A stretch of 61,417 bases of DNA from a virus (IMGVR_UViG_3300045988_077264:1-61417); one strand, 5' to 3'. Shown: positions 38,501 to 47,621, numbered from the stretch's first letter. Made by a program: numbers and translations. Notes: generated from the sequence alone by a model not told the origin.

Positions 38501-40837
38501 ACTATTTAAAGCACCGGCAATGCTTCTTCCTACAGTTCCGAATAAGGATGGCGAAATCAGGCCATTAAGGAATTTAGCAAAATTAGTACCAAAGTTCTTA
38601 GATGCGCTATATACAGAATCCCAATTAATTTTATTGAGACCATCTCTAATGCTGCTGCCGATAAATCGACCTATCCCCTCAAAATTGCCATGTGAAAATG
38701 CATAATATATTTTATCTGCAACCTTCTGAGCTTTATTTTCCATCCGGTCAAAGGCATCATCCCATGCTTTCTGGTACTCTTCAAGCGCCTTGGATATTTC
38801 TGCATCTAATAATGGATTTCCGCCACCAACGCCGGAGCCGGAACCACTATTTGAGCCGGATGTAGGGTCATTAAGCTGATTTAATTCATCGAAGCCAAGT
38901 ACAGTGTTCTTAAGCTTTTTAGCCGCATCATTCGCACCATTTAAGGCATCCTCTGCATCATCCGCTCCACCGACTAAATCCTCAATGCCATTGCTGGCAC
39001 CACCGATGGATGAGTTAATACCACTCAGATTGATTCCAAGCAGACCACCAACCCATGCAAAAAGTCGCTGCATTGCCATTACAAGACCATTGATATATGG
39101 AAGAACCTTCTCAATAATAGGCAAAAACAGATTTCCGATTGTTCTTGCCAGATTAGAAAAGTTCTGTCTTAACATTCTCAACTGGTTAGCCGGTGATTCC
39201 ATTGTGTTTGCCAAGTCACCATATGCAACTTTCGACTGGTCTAATATATCCAGTAATCGTAACTGTGCCTTGGTTGCCTGATTCATTTCACTAATCGCAC
39301 CGTTCAGACCGTATTTATAAGCATATTCCTGCAGAGTAGCATTTGTAATATCAATACCAAACGCACGAACTGCTCTGGACTGTCCTGCCAAAGCAGATGC
39401 GAATTTCTCAAATGCCTGTTCAAATGTAGTGTTTCTCAAGGATGCCCAGTCAGTACCAAGCATTGTAAGAGCAGTCGAAAAATTAAGCGCACTTTCTTCT
39501 GCTACACCAATAGATTCGGATACCTGTGCAAACATTGCCTGGTAATTCATTACAGTATCCGGATTCATTCCAAGATTCTTCTGTCCGGTATATGTAGCAT
39601 TACCATCTGTATCAATATCAAATCCGGTCATCTTGGCTGTAAGCTGCTTTGCTCTTGAAGAGAATGACGATGCATAAGCTTCTGCAGAATCATATCCTGC
39701 CTGTTGCCAATTCGCTGCAGCATCATCACCAAGCTTACGCATGGCTACTTCAAAGTAGTTTACAGTTTCAAGGAAATCCATTGAAGAATTCACTGTATTC
39801 CAAAGGCCTTTAAATCCTCGAATAACCATAAAGAAATTAGCGTAGAATGCACCTGCAATCTGTGAAAAGCTCTTTAAACTTTTGCCAGCCTTTCCATCAG
39901 AGGAAAACAATCCGGATAATATAGAGGTTGATTTACTACCTTTATTACCCATCGTGCTTAATGTGGAACCTACCTTAGAACCCTGCGAAGCTAATTTAGC
40001 CAAAGCATTGGTCATTTCAATAATATTGTTACTTACGGCCGGTGCCTTTGACAGGGTATCCATTAATTCTGCGAGATTCTTCGCCAATAATGGAAGGTTT
40101 GTAATTGCTCTACCGGCAGCCACACCGCCAAGCCTTGAAATAGCGGATGCCATTTCATTCATTCCAGACATATTGAATTTTAATTCACCAATCTGATTCA
40201 TCTGCCGAACAAAACTCTGCAACTGAGCAGATAATGTAGGCAGATTCTTTGTAGCCTGTGTAGATGCCTTGCCACCCAACTTAGATAGTGTTGGTATAAG
40301 CTGTGCCAGTCCTGTCACATCAAATGTCATGGCTCCGATATTGTTCATTCCTGCAACAAAGCTTGCCAAATCATCTTTAATCTTGATAAGATTTCCGGTG
40401 CCGGTAGTGGCATTCTTTCCACCTAGTTTTGCTAATGCTGCCGCAATACTTGTAACTCCTGCAACATTAATATTCTGTGCTTCTGACAAGCCATTAGACA
40501 GATTCTGTAATGCAGAGGTAACTCCATACATAGAATTCGTATCTACCTCTGAAAATTTGCTTAATGCTCTTGCCAGGGATGTAATTTCTGCTGATTTTCC
40601 ACCTTTAAAGCCGATTGCTGAATCAGATAGTGTTCTGATTCCGGATGCAATATTAGTAAGTTTCTGAGAATCAAAGGAAAGACCATCTTTCAACTTTTCC
40701 ATACTGGATGCCATCTTTTCAATAGCTGCAGTATGTCCGGAAATCTTAGAAATTCCACTTGCAAATGAATTAAGTCCTTTTGCCACTTGCACCGCCAAGT
40801 ACAGAAGATACCTTTTCCAATTTGCTAATGAGCGCAT
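35567..40837 (-). CDS. Tail tape measure protein (N-terminal ~40 codons lie in another frame upstream)
   Basis: 1756 aa, Ala/Gly/Ser-rich and helical, positioned after the tail chaperones. See the frame-break finding at 40770-40910. Confidence 0.85.
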   Translation of the reverse strand: MRSLANWKRYLLYLAVQVAKGLNSFASGISKISGHTAAIEKMASSMEKLKDGLSFDSQKLTNIASGIRTLSDSAIGFKGGKSAEITSLARALSKFSEVDTNSMYGVTSALQNLSNGLSEAQNINVAGVTSIAAALAKLGGKNATTGTGNLIKIKDDLASFVAGMNNIGAMTFDVTGLAQLIPTLSKLGGKASTQATKNLPTLSAQLQSFVRQMNQIGELKFNMSGMNEMASAISRLGGVAAGRAITNLPLLAKNLAELMDTLSKAPAVSNNIIEMTNALAKLASQGSKVGSTLSTMGNKGSKSTSILSGLFSSDGKAGKSLKSFSQIAGAFYANFFMVIRGFKGLWNTVNSSMDFLETVNYFEVAMRKLGDDAAANWQQAGYDSAEAYASSFSSRAKQLTAKMTGFDIDTDGNATYTGQKNLGMNPDTVMNYQAMFAQVSESIGVAEESALNFSTALTMLGTDWASLRNTTFEQAFEKFASALAGQSRAVRAFGIDITNATLQEYAYKYGLNGAISEMNQATKAQLRLLDILDQSKVAYGDLANTMESPANQLRMLRQNFSNLARTIGNLFLPIIEKVLPYINGLVMAMQRLFAWVGGLLGINLSGINSSIGGASNGIEDLVGGADDAEDALNGANDAAKKLKNTVLGFDELNQLNDPTSGSNSGSGSGVGGGNPLLDAEISKALEEYQKAWDDAFDRMENKAQKVADKIYYAFSHGNFEGIGRFIGSSIRDGLNKINWDSVYSASKNFGTNFAKFLNGLISPSLFGTVGRSIAGALNSAIYNALAFGNTFDFKDLGKSIGTGLNEFFRTYDFASLGRTINVWANGILDAVIAAIDTTNWEMIGRQIGKFLDNLNLLEIGVKVGKALWKAINAGIKTFATTFSAAPIETTIVSLVSLNKLTKNMFGTNVFSGIANAAKKFNSFSKAVDLAGSALKGNCSSMMKLESEYPKTASLLTKVSAGFSRLKTSATGGNFWGSLKTSIAGVRNNLTTLQKGAIGVAAVFGEITVFKESFRDIALQTDNMAESIGKVTVAAGLAAGALYVAFGPAGIAVAAIAGLVGAIAGIKDAMDEIVDEKVGEAIYDAFSNPGGVPIDTVVSNFTDSIEEAGKGFSTLSEKSNEMDNVQKNIQDTWIEITRIKTAMDNGVLSVEEGKEKLAELFGELATLTEQKFATMEQTVIAAYGEGGALHDALENIGADTDAAIDAMITYGFTNTERAKEIVQEMNQVEVGSDKWKELSSELYSLSSDLDGFSKAASDYSVDINNIVKGIDYDKLFPDGKEVDMDVLNGYLDDMKTAVDNYDSNLEEAQKDISAYWTELLNSPNATPEQKEVAQKALDDLPNAIQNMKDKSREQMTQVTDLFQTDFIDKISGVITDAKSKWEDMNFWEKWLAGNDEDEFIREAVEKQVGNIDELSDAIEARMDELGVDGAGWSKDVGEDLLNNLFDWEAMTTSDLTYSLKDNYEEIVNNALESAKPSVTDTAKNVASATVDEFNNGVEESKGASLETLDNWMGDAGNVLTDSSVTDDASNSARNTVETFNAGISNNTGTTVDTLTSFRTTITDNIAPASSDIENIGKNIVDGISNGMNLRLKSLGETTSKIANTIVETTRSKLDIHSPSKVMKALGNYTTEGYLIGLNNKVGDVKSALSNMVEPVTMEPVSARKFVAREKVAMASITAPRNTVSTDAIMQGFMEEMKPAITEAVFEAMMANSNSSTGEKNAPTVEVTLKADNETLYKMVKKGKESYNRRYHIVEDMG

Positions 40838-41005
40838 CTAACTGCTGATTTGCTCCTTTTGCCTGTGCTTCAACTTCTATCTCTAAACGGTCAATGTCCG
40901 CTGCTCCCATCTGCTCACCAACTTCCTTATAACTATTAAAGGTTTGTGACTATCTCCCATTCGATAGCCAGATAAAAAGAACGGACGCTGTGACACGTCC
41001 GCTCC

Positions 41006-41296
41006 CTAATTTTCTTTTTCTTCAAATTTCTTATTCCAAGCAAGTGCCCACAATTTGAACTGTTCTGCTTCGCTTAATGGTTCTGCTTCTTCCTGTTCTA
41101 CTTCTTCCATCAAGCTATATGGCTGTGACGGATATTTTGAACTCTTAGAAAATGCTGCACCTATCGCTCTAAGGCAATAGATTCCATTGTAATATGCAGA
41201 CAAATCAATAATCTGTGCTTCCTGCTTTTTCTTCTCAGTAAAGGCTTCCTGATATGCATTCATGATTCTTGGATTCAACATAGGAAATGTCCTCAT
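41006..41296 (-). CDS. Tail assembly chaperone, -1 frame extension (gpT-like part)
   Basis: Its frame stays open upstream through the end of the 41380-41727 ORF and is -1 relative to it. Confidence 0.5.
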   Translation of the reverse strand: MRTFPMLNPRIMNAYQEAFTEKKKQEAQIIDLSAYYNGIYCLRAIGAAFSKSSKYPSQPYSLMEEVEQEEAEPLSEAEQFKLWALAWNKKFEEKEN

Positions 41297-41379
41297 ATCA
41301 ATTCCATATCTGATTGCTGCCGGAAGCCATACATTATAAATTTCATTTGTGAAAAACTTTTCTGTAGATGCTAATTCAA

Positions 41380-41727
41380 CTACTGTACTTCCGTCTCCGC
41401 AGTCGCAGATTTCTTCGTACTCTTCTTGTTCTCGTCCATACCGAGAACCTTTCTGAAAAAATCAGATTCATTGATTGCATTTACAAATGCCTGATAAATT
41501 TCATTCATGTTGCCGCCACCATAAATGTGCTGTTCTGCTAACCGGTTAGCTTCTTCTCTGTCACATTTAGCGCAAAGCATGATAAAAGCACTTGCTGGTG
41601 CAAAAATCTGATTTTTCTTGAACATTGCAAGGACATCATATCCTTCGCTTTCCAGCATTTCCATGTGACCGAATCCTAACTTTGGAACATCATATTTTTT
41701 GTTATTAATTGTTACTGTTGTTGCCAT
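41380..41727 (-). CDS. Tail assembly chaperone (gpG-like)
   Basis: 115-aa ORF between the major tail and tape measure genes. Confidence 0.6.
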   Translation of the reverse strand: MATTVTINNKKYDVPKLGFGHMEMLESEGYDVLAMFKKNQIFAPASAFIMLCAKCDREEANRLAEQHIYGGGNMNEIYQAFVNAINESDFFRKVLGMDENKKSTKKSATAETEVQ

Positions 41728-41827
41728 TTTCTTCTTCCTCCTTGTTTGCCGGCTCTTCCGGTTCTGTTACAACCTCTTCATTTTCTGCTGGCAGCTTAGA
41801 GACGGATTTCTCCGTCTCTTCTGTTGT

Positions 41828-42244
41828 TCATGCAGTCTTATCACCAATTGAAATCTTAGTGGATGGAGAAACATTGATTGTCATCTCACGAACGCCGTTT
41901 ACTTCACCTTCATTAACATAAACAGCATGTTCTCCTTCCCAGGTTGCCACACCGTCTTTTCCATCTTTTCCCATTGAGAGACGATAATGCAGCGGAATTC
42001 CTGACTTTGCTAATACTGTTTTGTATGTTTCTAACAGATAATTAGCTTTGAATTCCATGGAATCCATAGACTGCACACCATTGATGAAGGTCTGTGATTC
42101 ATCCTCAAGGTCAGTTGTTTCAAGCTGGTTTGGTGCTCCGCCTAATTTCGGATAGTTTTTGATTGGGCATAACTTTTCCCATGCTTTTCCATCCTCACTG
42201 ATTTCAAGAATGGTATTAATTGTACTTACTGCTTTTTCTGCCAT
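41828..42244 (-). CDS. Major tail protein
   Basis: MAEKAVSTINTILEISEDGKAWEKLCPIKNYPKLGG. The start is set at the internal Met after GAAAGGAAGAAGAA. Called partly by position. Confidence 0.6.
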   Translation of the reverse strand: MAEKAVSTINTILEISEDGKAWEKLCPIKNYPKLGGAPNQLETTDLEDESQTFINGVQSMDSMEFKANYLLETYKTVLAKSGIPLHYRLSMGKDGKDGVATWEGEHAVYVNEGEVNGVREMTINVSPSTKISIGDKTA

Positions 42245-42377
42245 TTCTTCTTCCTTTCTACCGCATAACTTTGAGCGGTCAGCGAACACCTCTCGAGTGG
42301 GTGTCCGGTGCATAAAAAATAAGAGCCATTGCTGACTCTTGGTTTCATTTTATATAAACCCATCGAAATCGAGGGGT

Positions 42378-42788
42378 TTATTCAGTTTTTACTTCTTCTA
42401 TTTCATCCCCATTTGCATAGATGCGCTGAAATCTTATAACCCAGCGGCTTACATTTGGGTCCGCTGCATTTGCAACAGGTAATGGACCATATTTACACTG
42501 CCAACCATATTTAAGCATAATCTCTTTTACTTTATTGCAAATCGTATAACAGGTATTATCAGCAATACTTCCAGTATCATATACCGATACGGTAATCATT
42601 GGTGTCTGTGCTCCCTCGTTACCTTCCAAATCGTAATTTCCACCGGATATATCACTTAATGCCACATCACAGTACGGAAAATCCGTCTGCTTCGGTGTGA
42701 TATACCGGCCGACTTTGCATGCGGGATATGCTTTTTTCATCTTCTTTTCCAAATGTGTATAAAATGTATTCCATTCAAATCCAGACAT
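42378..42788 (-). CDS. Tail terminator / neck-module protein
   Basis: ATG at 42788 follows CAAGGAGGATTT. Called by position. Confidence 0.4.
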   Translation of the reverse strand: MSGFEWNTFYTHLEKKMKKAYPACKVGRYITPKQTDFPYCDVALSDISGGNYDLEGNEGAQTPMITVSVYDTGSIADNTCYTICNKVKEIMLKYGWQCKYGPLPVANAADPNVSRWVIRFQRIYANGDEIEEVKTE

Positions 42789-42857
42789 AAATCCTCCTTG
42801 CTTGATTTTTATAAAAATAGTGATACACTTAAATTGCCAATTAAGGAGGTGATATTT

Positions 42858-43076
42858 ATGGGGAAAATGGATTTTTCTTACACCAACAAAAATGGCAAAA
42901 AAGTTTCTGGTTCTGCGGCATTCAACCATCATGTTTATACTGAAATGGGCGGCGTCCAGAAATACAATGATAGTGTCGGAGAAGAATATGTCAAAGCTTT
43001 TATTCGACAAAACTCCGACATTATCAATGATAACTTAGAAAAGAAAGCAAAACGCCGGAAATTCAAAGTTGTCTAA
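42858..43076 (+). CDS. Small opposite-strand protein inside the tail module (moron)
   Basis: ATG at 42858 follows AAGGAGGTGATATTT. The 72-aa ORF is followed by a hairpin terminator. Confidence 0.45.
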   Translation: MGKMDFSYTNKNGKKVSGSAAFNHHVYTEMGGVQKYNDSVGEEYVKAFIRQNSDIINDNLEKKAKRRKFKVV

Positions 43077-43082
43077 TGCCAA

Positions 43083-43105
43083 AGGCGGAGATTATTTCTC
43101 CGCCT
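43083..43105. terminator. Bidirectional hairpin
   Basis: AGGCGGAG-attattt-CTCCGCCT. Confidence 0.5.
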
Positions 43106-43652
43106 AAGTGTTGAATACTTCCTTTGCAATCTTCAAAACTTTGTCTTTCAATTCCTTGCCAGCGTAATACATAGGCATCTTCGGGGATGTACCACTTGAA
43201 TAGTGCCATTCGCCTTGTAAATCCATGTACCACCATCCCGGCTCGTTTCCATGTGTGCCGTAAGTTCCGGTTCCTACTCCCGGAATGTTTGCCGGATTCT
43301 GCGCCGGAAGTCCAGCACCAAACTCTAACATCAACGCCGGTGAGATTTCTTTACTCTGCACGCCGTCTTGGTTCTGCCATTTGCTCACAATTTTCTGTGA
43401 ATCTTCCATATAAAAGATTGCCTTACATCCAGCTTTCTCCGGTGTGATTTCAGCGGATAAATGAATATATTTTCCGAAACCGCTGCTACCGACATGAGAC
43501 TGCGCAATGGCTATCCCTTCGGCGGATAACCTCCGGCACAGTTCCTCACATTTCGCATCAAGACTGTTCTGGTATTCTCGCAACTCTTTGATTGCCCGTC
43601 CGATTTCCGATACAGATAGACCGAATGATATTTTTTTTGACATATCATCCAT
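43104..43652 (-). CDS. Neck / head-tail joining module protein
   Basis: 182-aa ORF. Called by position only. Confidence 0.35.
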   Translation of the reverse strand: MDDMSKKISFGLSVSEIGRAIKELREYQNSLDAKCEELCRRLSAEGIAIAQSHVGSSGFGKYIHLSAEITPEKAGCKAIFYMEDSQKIVSKWQNQDGVQSKEISPALMLEFGAGLPAQNPANIPGVGTGTYGTHGNEPGWWYMDLQGEWHYSSGTSPKMPMYYAGKELKDKVLKIAKEVFNT

Positions 43653-44079
43653 TTCCTTTCGGCAGTTTTTTCAGAAGATATTTCATGCTGTTCAATGAAG
43701 GTTTTACAGCTAATACGGAATAGTCTGCACTGTCTCCGTCTACTGTGCCATCTTCGTTACGCTGTGGCTCGCTCTGATGCCAAATCCGGCTTGTTTCTGT
43801 AATTGGCAAGGATTTATCCGTTGTAATCAAAATTGCCTGATATGAGCCGATATCAAAGCCATATTCCTTAGCTTCTGCTTCACCGCCAGACATAGCAATG
43901 TTGGCATAAAAAATGACAGGCTCGTTATAGCCTGCCATAGTACCTATCGGTATCGGACTAAGTTCTCCGTCAACCTCTGTGTATTTAATTTTTCCATCCT
44001 CGTCTTTTTCATAGACTGGAATTTCATCACTGTACGTTGCGTAGTACAGTTTCTGCTTATTTTTTTTTAACGAACGCAT
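43645..44079 (-). CDS. Head-tail module protein
   Basis: The start is set at MRSLKKNKQKLYYATY. Called by position only. Confidence 0.35.
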   Translation of the reverse strand: MRSLKKNKQKLYYATYSDEIPVYEKDEDGKIKYTEVDGELSPIPIGTMAGYNEPVIFYANIAMSGGEAEAKEYGFDIGSYQAILITTDKSLPITETSRIWHQSEPQRNEDGTVDGDSADYSVLAVKPSLNSMKYLLKKLPKGNG

Positions 44080-44536
44080 TACATGATTCCTCTTCAGGGA
44101 CATAAACCAAGGCATTAATAAACATATCTTTTCGCTCAATATCCGTATACTTAGTTGATTTAGACTTTTTATTTGCCAATCCTTCAATTATTTTGTAAGT
44201 TATTATAGACACAATTATGCTTATAATAATTACAATCAATACCAACAAGTATTTATTATTGCTTTCATTATTTCCCAAAATTGTGACTGCGTACCCTACA
44301 ACCAAATATATAAAAGCAGCTCTATTCAAGAATATATTTTGAAGTATGCTTGCTAATCTAGCTGTATCTAATATCCTTATTTTATCCATGTTTTTGTCTA
44401 AAGGCTTTACTAATCCCTCAAACGAAAAATACTGACATGTAATGTTCCTTTTAGTGTTAGTAAAGTAATTCAAAATTAACAATATCGCTCCACTTAGCTG
44501 AAAAACTAAGGAAATAGAAAATAAAATTGTATTCAT
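44057..44536 (-). CDS. Multi-pass membrane protein (moron)
   Basis: MNTILFSISLVFQLSGAILLILNYF... in a very AT-rich segment. ATG follows AAAGGAGAAAAGCAT. Confidence 0.5.
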   Translation of the reverse strand: MNTILFSISLVFQLSGAILLILNYFTNTKRNITCQYFSFEGLVKPLDKNMDKIRILDTARLASILQNIFLNRAAFIYLVVGYAVTILGNNESNNKYLLVLIVIIISIIVSIITYKIIEGLANKKSKSTKYTDIERKDMFINALVYVPEEESCNAFVKKK

Positions 44537-44591
44537 ATGCTTTTCTCCTTTCACCGCCATTATACGACAGAAGGAGAGTGACTACAACAAC

Positions 44592-45077
44592 TTATTCTGC
44601 CACAATCCAGTCCTCTGCAAGCATATCAGCCTGTGATGCAAGCCATCCCATCTGAACCCCGGATGTTCCAACAAAAGCGATTGCCTTATTTCCAATGGCA
44701 TCATGCTCACAATTCACAAGCTCGCCATCTGCTGATACATAGGAAATCCCTGTTGCAAGCTGAATGTACTGTTTCTTACCATTCCAACCTTTGCGGGCAA
44801 CTTTCTGTCCGGCTTTCAGTCTGCGGATTGCTTCGCCGAATGTGAATGTCTGAATATCCAAATCTTTTACATCAGCTTCCCCGACAACCTCCCAATCATC
44901 ACGAAGAATAAAATTGAGAGTGTAATCAACATCTTCTGTCTCGCGAATATCAAGGATTCTGCCATCTTTACAGTGCATCTTAATGGAATTATCTTCCCAT
45001 TTCCAATATCCCGCCCATTCCGGGCATTTAATCATAGCACCCTGTTTGAGTGCTTCATATGCTTTTTGAAAATTCAT
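44592..45077 (-). CDS. Tandem DUF2829 (Tad2-like) protein
   Basis: Second half: FTFGEAIRRLKAGQKVARKGWNGKKQYI...WLASQADMLAEDWIV is a canonical DUF2829 pattern. First half: FQKAYEALKQGAMIKCPEW...ILRDDWEVV is a diverged copy. ATG follows GGAGGGAAAGGCA. Confidence 0.6.
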   Translation of the reverse strand: MNFQKAYEALKQGAMIKCPEWAGYWKWEDNSIKMHCKDGRILDIRETEDVDYTLNFILRDDWEVVGEADVKDLDIQTFTFGEAIRRLKAGQKVARKGWNGKKQYIQLATGISYVSADGELVNCEHDAIGNKAIAFVGTSGVQMGWLASQADMLAEDWIVAE

Positions 45078-45223
45078 TGCCTTTCCCTCCAAAATAGAAA
45101 TATGGCGCACCGCCCACCACCACTTAACGTGCGCCGCCTGCAAACTTGTAAGTATTACTTACTAGTTCACGCTCAATCTTCTTTACCGCTTAACCCTACG
45201 GCTGGGAGATAAAATGGACCACC

Positions 45224-45568
45224 TTATCCTTTCTGAATAACCGTTGCAAAAGGAATTACTTCCCTTAAAATGTTTTCCCTTGGATTCCATGCCCGGCTGA
45301 TACCATTTTCACTGTGGCTTGTCTCACCCTCAGCTCCAATATGGTTCCAGTCATACAGTGCAAGGTCTTTTATAATGTCATACATAGCCATCATATCTTT
45401 ATAAATGAACTCTTCTGTGTGATGCTCCTGATAATTTCGCTTACGCTTCACTGCGTAATAGGCTCCCTTAATCTTTGAAGATAAAAGAGCCTTATCAGAA
45501 TCCTCATGCAATTCAGAAGTCAATTCAGTTTCCAAATCCATATTCAATTCTTTCAAAAGCTCTTCCAT
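45224..45568 (-). CDS. Head-tail connector (gp6-like)
   Basis: 114-aa ORF directly downstream of the capsid gene. Called by position. Confidence 0.45.
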   Translation of the reverse strand: MEELLKELNMDLETELTSELHEDSDKALLSSKIKGAYYAVKRKRNYQEHHTEEFIYKDMMAMYDIIKDLALYDWNHIGAEGETSHSENGISRAWNPRENILREVIPFATVIQKG

Positions 45569-45581
45569 CCAAGTTCATCTC

Positions 45582-46874
45582 CTACTCTGTTTTTGAAGTT
45601 ACTGTATTATGTCCTGCTTTAACCGCATTGTAAGCCTTATCGCATTCAACGATAGTAATTACTTTGCCGGATTCAGCTTCGATTTCATCAGTGCCATTCC
45701 ATGCATTCCATGTTCTTACTGACTGTCCCAACTTAACGGTTGTTTCAGCTTCTCCTACTTTGTATTTGTAGGAATTACCCTCCGTCAATGACTCTGTGAT
45801 GGTAATCTTGGTCTTTCCAGTAACATTCCCTGCTGCGGATGCAACTGTCAGTGTTCCAAGTGATGTAGGTTCATCAGAATCTGCCTTTGAAACGGAATAT
45901 ACTTTTCTTGCCATATCTCCATCAGTCGGCATCGCTGCAGACAGATTTGTAATCTTAGCAGAATACCACTCTGGACCATGATCAAGTCCAATCTGACCGA
46001 AAATCTGTTTCTTGGTGCCAGCACCGGTCTTTGCTAATTCTTCAAGGAAGAAGTTTCCTTTTCCTGGTACGAGCTGTTCAACAGGACCCATAATGAACGG
46101 GTCAAACAGTGTCACCGTTCCAGTCGGAAGATAAATCAGGTCTCTTAAATACACTGTTCCAAGTGGTGTAAGCACCTTATCAACAGCAATTCCATTAACA
46201 TCTCTTCCGCTCTCAACGATTGTAAGACCGTTTGCTACAGCATCTGCATTTAACTGCATTCTGCTTGTAGAATCAAGCCCGAGGACAATATTGGTAATAT
46301 CTCCATTTGCTTCCTTGATACACTTTAATGCTTCACACACTAACATGAAAGAAAGTTTCTTTCCATCAGCATCAAGTGCGTTTGTGGTAATTGCTTCCAG
46401 AAGTCCTCTGGACTGGTTTGCGTCGTTATCATTTGTGGATTTATGGTATTTACCATTGAGGAATGTGTACTCAATGTCCTGTCCGATTTTTGCCATCTTA
46501 GCTGCAACCTGGAAATCCTCTTCGGAAATCGGGTTCGCCTGCTGTCCTGCAATATTGATTCCACTTAATGTACCCATGTTAGACATTTTACCGTAGGAAG
46601 TGCCAACGGACTCCTGAAAAATCTGTGTAACATTAGTCTTCTGCTCTCTTGTAATTACTGAAGCTGCCGGTGCATTAAGAGATTCTGCTTCTGAAATTTT
46701 AGGCTGACTTCCTGTTGCTGTCTCATATTCCTGCCCAGTTACAAATTCTGTGCTCGTCGAATATTTTCTTCTTCCACCAATCATTGTTGAGAATGGTGTC
46801 TTTGTGTTGCCCTTATTGAAGAGCATACCAGAATAATTAGGAGTGTTTCCACTCATTGCAAATACATCTGCCAT
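45582..46874 (-). CDS. Major capsid protein with C-terminal Ig-like extension
   Basis: 430 aa, positioned after the scaffold gene. The C-terminal LTVASAAGNVTGKTKITI... is Ig-like. Confidence 0.7.
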   Translation of the reverse strand: MADVFAMSGNTPNYSGMLFNKGNTKTPFSTMIGGRRKYSTSTEFVTGQEYETATGSQPKISEAESLNAPAASVITREQKTNVTQIFQESVGTSYGKMSNMGTLSGINIAGQQANPISEEDFQVAAKMAKIGQDIEYTFLNGKYHKSTNDNDANQSRGLLEAITTNALDADGKKLSFMLVCEALKCIKEANGDITNIVLGLDSTSRMQLNADAVANGLTIVESGRDVNGIAVDKVLTPLGTVYLRDLIYLPTGTVTLFDPFIMGPVEQLVPGKGNFFLEELAKTGAGTKKQIFGQIGLDHGPEWYSAKITNLSAAMPTDGDMARKVYSVSKADSDEPTSLGTLTVASAAGNVTGKTKITITESLTEGNSYKYKVGEAETTVKLGQSVRTWNAWNGTDEIEAESGKVITIVECDKAYNAVKAGHNTVTSKTE

Positions 46875-46900
46875 AATTAAATATCTCCTTTACATTGTAT

Positions 46901-47479
46901 TTAATGGTTTGTTACATTAGCTGCAGCCTGCTGGCGAATTAATGACGCCATAAGAGCCATATCACCGCTTGCCTGCGCATCTGCAATCTGTTTACTGTAA
47001 TCAATAGTTGTCTGGTTTCCTGCCGGAGGAGTTGGCATATCTTTCAGCAAATCGGCTTTGATTGCTTTCTGTAATGCTTCCTCATGCTTTTTCTGTAAAC
47101 GAAAAACAGTTTCCATATCGCCATCATAAAGAGCCTCGGCAATCTCCTTGGCATCTTTCTCCTCATATTTCAAAGCCAAATGCTGCTTTTCATACTCTGA
47201 TACCTTGGATGCACGACGAAGGTTTTTTAATTCCTCTTCAATCTGTGCCTGCTTTTCAGCATCTTCAATCTGCTTCTGTTCCTGCTCGCTTGCTGCAGCT
47301 TTCCATTTCTTTTTATAGTCAGCCGCCTCTGAATTTGCTTTTTCCAGAAGAGTCTTCGGTACAAATCCGTCGTATTGACTCTTATCGACAAGCTCACGTT
47401 CTGCTAACGCCGCGTTAATGTCCTCAAAAGTCATGTCCTCTTTGTACGCATCACCTAATAATTCTTTCAAATCTGCCAT
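46901..47479 (-). CDS. Scaffolding protein
   Basis: Charged, helical, Glu/Lys/Ala-rich 192-aa protein between the portal and capsid genes. ATG follows AAGGAGGATATT. Confidence 0.6.
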   Translation of the reverse strand: MADLKELLGDAYKEDMTFEDINAALAERELVDKSQYDGFVPKTLLEKANSEAADYKKKWKAAASEQEQKQIEDAEKQAQIEEELKNLRRASKVSEYEKQHLALKYEEKDAKEIAEALYDGDMETVFRLQKKHEEALQKAIKADLLKDMPTPPAGNQTTIDYSKQIADAQASGDMALMASLIRQQAAANVTNH

Positions 47480-47621
47480 AATATCCTCCTTGCGTTTGTT
47501 CAAGCGGTTCCCTCCGCATTAGATTCCGTTTTAATGACTTGTCTTGTCTATTGCGTTTTTAAATAGCTTCCCTGCTATGTATATAAAAAGAGAGCCTATT
47601 TCTAAGCTCTCAAAATACCAA

